Of a stretch of 64,000 nt of DNA, positions 51,361 through 64,000 are shown piece after piece; within the stretch, counting starts at the first letter, position 1; the number at the start of each line of letters is the position of its first letter. A program made the translations under genes and the position numbers. Source of the stretch: Gracilinanus agilis (taxonomy: Eukaryota); NCBI RefSeq assembly GCF_016433145.1, contig NC_058133.1, forward strand, positions 490,372,373 through 490,436,372, read 5' to 3'. The notes under the pieces are model-generated. The model ran no database searches, was not told where the DNA came from, and saw only the letters and a program-made list of their open reading frames with translations.

Positions 51361-54287
51361 TTGGCATTTTTAAACTCAGCCCGGATCTCAGCTTAGGAAA
51401 GTCCTTAAAGGGCCAGCGCCCCTCCCCCAGGGGGAAAAGCCTACTTCCCTTAGACGGGCCCCACAAGAGTGGGCTAAGGTGGCGAAGCAGGCGGGGATTC
51501 CTATCCGGTCGTCTCCGTGTGTGGAGGAGGGGGAAGGAGGAGTTGGGGCCAGAGCTCCTCTAAGGAAGAGGTAGCTATAGCTAAAAACTAGAGGCCCAGA
51601 CACATGGAGGGAGAAGAACTCGTGCCCCAAGGCAGCCAGAGCCGAGATCGTGTGGAGCCCCGGGGTGGGCATGGTCAGGCCTCGTGACGAACCCAAACTT
51701 CGGAGGGAGGTTCCCCTCTAAACGTGTTCATCAGTTATTCCCAGGGGGAGCCTGCACAGCCGGCTCATTAATTTCATGGGGTGGGGCCAGCGAAGGGCAA
51801 GGATGTGGCCAGGATCCTCTCCTGCTGGCTGTCGCCGCCGGGAGGTGTGAGGGGTGGGCACAGAGAGGAGGGCTCAATCCTTCCGCGGTTTTGGTTTCGA
51901 ATCTCTTCCCGGCTCTGCCCCAGGCCCTGCAACAACTGAACTCCAAACCTTCCCCCTGGATGGCCCCTAAGGAGATGCTTCAGCTCAGCCCTCAGATGGG
52001 TGGGGGCGGCTTCCTGCTACAAACCTGGGAACTAGTGGAGTTGAAGGGGGGCTGATTTCCCCCACCTCCTCACCCCTCCCTAGCTTCAAAAAGGAAAAGA
52101 AAAAAAACAAAAAACCACTTGCTCTTAACTCAGGTTAGGGGCTGTTGCAAAGGTGGAGACCAATAAGGAAACAGTTTCTTCTCCAGGGACCAATCAGAGT
52201 CCAGAGTGGGAAGGGATGGGCAAACTTAGCTGAACCCAATGACTTGGCAAAAGGGACTCGGAGTCGATGACTTTACAGGTTATTTAAAGGGACATACCTG
52301 GAGGAGGGGGAGAGGGAAGAACTGATTGTGCAGCCAGGGGTAAAAGGCTAATGACTTAGGGCTGGAAAGGATTTAAGGGTTCTACCTTCTTTTACAGATG
52401 AGGAAACTGAGGCATAGAGACATCGGTGGAACATATAGAGTTGAAAGAGACATGAGAGGCCTTTGGTTTTACCCCCTCATTTTACACATTAGGAAACTGA
52501 GGCTTGAGTGATAACTTGCACAGGGTCCCTCAGCTTAAACTCTGGCTATCCTTTCTCCTGGCCCAGGTTTCTTTGCACTGTCGGGTAGGTTCTTCCAGTT
52601 CCAGGGAAAGAAGAGCCTTCACGTTTCCTTCAGTTAAGGCTGGGCTTGAGAGGAAGACAGAGGGAAGATACGGTTTCCTAATCTGTCAAACGAGGGGGTT
52701 GGACCAGCTCTCAGGTCTCTTTTCAGCTCTGAGATTCTATGCCTGTTAGGCTGGGCAGAAGAAGCTTGTCCCTTTAAGGACTTCCTTAAACTTCCTGCTT
52801 TTAGCCCCAGTAACAGCTGATTGCTGGAAAGTGAGTGACCTCCGGACGAATCAGCTGTTTCCACATCCCTCCCCCACCTCCAGCATCCCAACCTCCCCCC
52901 TCCGGCACACGTGACAGCCCCTTGGGAAAGGGAGGTGGAGAAGAGCTGGACCCAGAATCACCCACCCCTTTTCCTTTCCTCCCCTGGATTGCCGGACCGA
53001 GGGCTGCATCTCTCTCCTCCGCCGGGAAGGGGGAGGTCTCTCGGTCCATCCCTAGGAGCCCCAGAGCTGGAGGATGGAATGAGAGGCATTTCCTGTCAGT
53101 GCTGTCAGTAGAGACCCGCCCACCCCAGGGAGGGGAAGGAGAAGCTGGGGCCAAGAAGAGAGGTGATGTGGGAGGGGGAGTTGGTATGGAGCAAGAGGAG
53201 CCTAGGAGGAACCTATGCCAAAAGGGGAGAAAAGTGGCTTTGGGGGAGAATACCCTGGACTAGAAAAGGAACCCTAGGACCCTAGGTTGTATCCCCTAAC
53301 CCTGGTGAGGCTCTGCAGGGGATGGCTGGTCTATGGGTCCTTCCTTGGGATTGTAGCCCATTTTGACTTTGGTCTTACCTTCAAGAGCTTCCAGTCTTCA
53401 GGAAAATGCCCCACTTTGGTTTCTACCACTGTAAATGCTCCTGCCCCAGCCTAGTACTCTATCAAAGATATGGGCTAATGTCTATTCTTCCAATGGCTGT
53501 AGGTATTAATATACTTTATTATTAGTTGTAGATTCCAGGTTCCTTCCCCACCCCAACTTCATTTCCAAGAGCTTTTGCTGGAAGGCTCTATAAGGAGGCC
53601 CAGGTAAATACCCTGTCCTTGGAAGATTGGCTCCACCCAGCCCTTGGCAGAGAGTCGGGGTCATTCTAGGACAAATGTAGTGTAAATTCCTGGGACCTCA
53701 TACTGATTGGAGGTCCAGGTACTGGGAAGTGGGAGAGATAAAGGACGAGCTGTTTTTCACCAAAAGTCTCCTCTCCAGTCTCTCTCATCTTGGAACCCAG
53801 GGTATCACTGAACCCCAATACAGGAGTGCTTCTCCCCCATTCCTCTCCAAACTGGGCAGGCACCTCTTTTTTACGATCTCCCTCCTCCCCTCTTCTCCAG
53901 CCAATAAGAACTAATCCCACCCATTATGGGGCCATTGCTGGGGCTGCTGCTTTAGTCTCGGGCAGGTCAACACGTGACCTACATGGGGCCTGCGGGCAGG
54001 GAGTGTGACAGCTATTCTCAACTTTCCTAATCTGGGGTGTTTTTTTGAGTTTTTTTTTGTTGTTTTTTTTTTTGGCTCAGGGGTAGGGCGGGGTGGGGGA
54101 GAATGTCTTTTAAGGGAATAGGACTAGAGGATTTTTCAGGGGCGAGGCTCCGAGATTTGGGGTCCTTTGGAAGCAGCAAGGAGCTTCCTCAAGATATTTC
54201 CAGGTATTTCAAGGTTGGAGAATGGGGCCTGAATGGGGGTGGGGGGTAAGGGGGGGGGGGGGGTATGCGGATAGTCTCGGGCCACCC

Positions 54288-54321
54288 TTGCAGTACAAGA
54301 TATCTCCACTAGAGGGCACTA
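54288..54321 (+). promoter_or_regulatory. CTCF binding site with upstream (ZF9-11) module
   Basis: TTGCAGTACA, a 5-nt spacer, then TCTCCACTAGAGGGCACTA matches the extended CTCF consensus. Confidence 0.8.
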
Positions 54322-54849
54322 CACCCTAAGATTTGGATAAAGTGGGAAGCCAGCTACCCAATCTAGGCCAGTGGAGGGAGCAAAACCTGAAGGGCTTGTT
54401 CAAAGTTTCATAAATTGTGAACATGATCGTGGTAGGACCGGCTAAGAAGGCTCCCAGTTAAAGCGCCAGCAGAGGAGAGGCAATGTTTTTGAATAGTGCG
54501 ACTTCCTGCCCCTTACTGACTATCACTTTGGCCAGGGGGGGCTGACTTCTCTTCTAGGAACTAGGAAAGGAAGTTGAAATCAGATGTGACACTGGCCCAA
54601 GTCAAGAGCCCTCCCTCCCCGTGGGCACCTCCTTTGGAGACGTTCCTTCGTCGAACGCAGAAGTGTGGCAGCTTGGGCATATGCCCTTGATCAGATGACC
54701 AAGGCTGCCTCCTGCGGTTCAGACCTTTGAACGCAGGGCCCTTCTAGCTGACCATGCAATGTCCTGGCATTTCCTGGCAAGGTCATTTCTACACTGACCG
54801 GTGCAGCTCTCCCTCTTCCCTCCGGTCTCTGCCGGAGCATGCTCATGTC

Positions 54850-55550
54850 ACAAGTGGAGGAACTGAGGCAGGCCTCGATGCCCAGGGCGCCTGTTCCCCA
54901 GGATCATCGGTTAGAGTGGTCAGAGGATCTGGGCAACACCCCAAGGAGGAGAAGAGGGCTTCCTGACCCTCCCCGCAGGACTCCCGAGGCCTGGAGACCC
55001 TCGGTCGCCACGGGTTCCTCCGGCACGTGCATGGGTTTGGAACTGGGGTGGAGGTCTAAGGGGCCCAAAGAAATCCGGTGACCGCAAGGTCAGAAGACCG
55101 CCAGGGTCCACGGGCCCGGGAGCCAGAGAGAAGAGAACTGAAATGGGACTGAGCGCTTGAGGGGGATGGGCTCACAGTCGGGCGGGAAGCGAAAGCCTAG
55201 GGGGCGGGGCGTTCTGGAGGTCCCACCCTCAAGGTAGCGGGCGCGGGAAGGAGGGCTAGCTGGGCGAGCGCCCCGCCCTCTCCGCTCTCGAGGCGTCCGG
55301 TCCCGCCCCTTTCTCCGCCCACTCCGCCCTCGAGGCGCCTGGTCCCGCCTTCGACCCGGCCTCGCCCCGCCCCGCTCGGAGCCGGGCCACGTGCGCTTGT
55401 TTCCCAGGCCGGGGCGCTCACGTGACCCACGTCAGCTGACCCGTCATGGCTGGTACCCGCGCCTAAAGGGTTCTGCCGCCCCAAGCTGAGTAGCTGAGTG
55501 GTCCCGGAGCTCCGGTGAGAGCGGCCTCGGCTCCGTCTTTACCCTGGGCA
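54850..55550 (+). promoter_or_regulatory. WDR81 CpG-island promoter and probable short first exon ending at 55514
   Basis: GC boxes; CACGTG at 55388; TCACGTGAC at 55418-55426; donor CCG|GTGAGA at 55515. Confidence 0.75.
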
Positions 55551-55561
55551 GAGTCAGCTTT

Positions 55562-56030
55562 GGGGAGGGGGAGGAGGAGGAGGAGGAAGAGGAAGAGAAG
55601 AAGGGAAAGGGAGGAGCAACAGTAGAAAGGGGAAGAAAGAGGGGCAGGAAGAAGGGAGGAGGGTGGAGAGAGAGGAGCAGAAAGACGGGAGGAGGAACGA
55701 GGTAAGAGACGGGGAAGGGTGGATGGAGAGGAGGGAGAGGGGAGCAAGAATAAAGAAGGGGGTAAAAGGGAGGGAGGGTGGAGCGAGAGGATAAGGAAAA
55801 AGGAGAAACGGAAAGAGCAGCAAGAAAGGGGGAAAGGTGGAAGGGGGCAGGAATAAAGGACGGAGAGAAATAAAAAGGGGAAGAGTAGAGAGGGAAGGAG
55901 GGCAGAAGGGAGTGAGAGGCAGGAAGAAGGGACGGGAAAAGGAGGGAGTGGCAGTTCAGAGGAAAGGAGGAGGAGGAAGGGATGGGTGAAGGCAAGGGGG
56001 AACAGGCAAGAATGATAAAAGAAGGTAGAG
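55562..56030 (+). repeat. Polypurine (GA-rich) tract, ~470 bp
   Basis: Almost exclusively G/A with (GGA)n runs. Confidence 0.92.
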
Positions 56031-56099
56031 TTTTTCTGTCCAGGCTGAGGATTGGTTTTTCTTTACTTCTCTAGAATCTTTGCACCCTCTTCTACTGAC

Positions 56100-64000
<7,901 letters not shown>

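Noticed and set aside
55444-55995. 183-aa Pro/Ser/Leu/Phe-rich minus-strand ORF
   Set aside because: Translation of the polypurine tract's complement.
56052-56099. N-terminal MVFLYFSR extension of the WDR81 ORF
   Set aside because: Begins at TTG and consists of the intron polypyrimidine tract and acceptor; the real start is the ATG at 56100.

Overview
Mammalian genomic DNA, almost certainly a marsupial. The CORE-SINEs and hAT MITEs look opossum/didelphid-like; the species is an inference from repeat types. Gene order matches human 17p13.3: RILP (5' part, minus), PRPF8 (complete, minus), a ~22 kb repeat-rich interval, TLCD2 (complete, minus), MIR22HG with the miR-22 hairpin (minus), and WDR81 (plus, truncated at the right edge). 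I mapped exons by hand from GT-AG boundaries and reading frame; the PRPF8 CDS sums to 7008 nt (2335 aa plus stop). I found no wholly new biological system. The most notable observations are: (1) precise absence of one PRPF8 intron (a 428-nt fused exon); (2) fusion and frame scrambling of RILP exons 1-3 within the RH1 coiled coil; (3) a WDR81 5' end split by an almost purely purine intron, with a uORF and CLEAR-type E-boxes; (4) an apparent compensated frameshift in the TLCD2 tail; (5) a miR-22 hairpin with lineage-specific substitutions that also open a reading frame across the exon; (6) a full CTCF site with its upstream module, plus a MITE-borne CTCF motif; (7) a possible decayed, unannotated multi-exon gene at ~32.7-38.5 kb. 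Comparisons with human sequences are from memory and need alignment to confirm. Repeat boundaries are approximate unless TSDs or TIRs are given.
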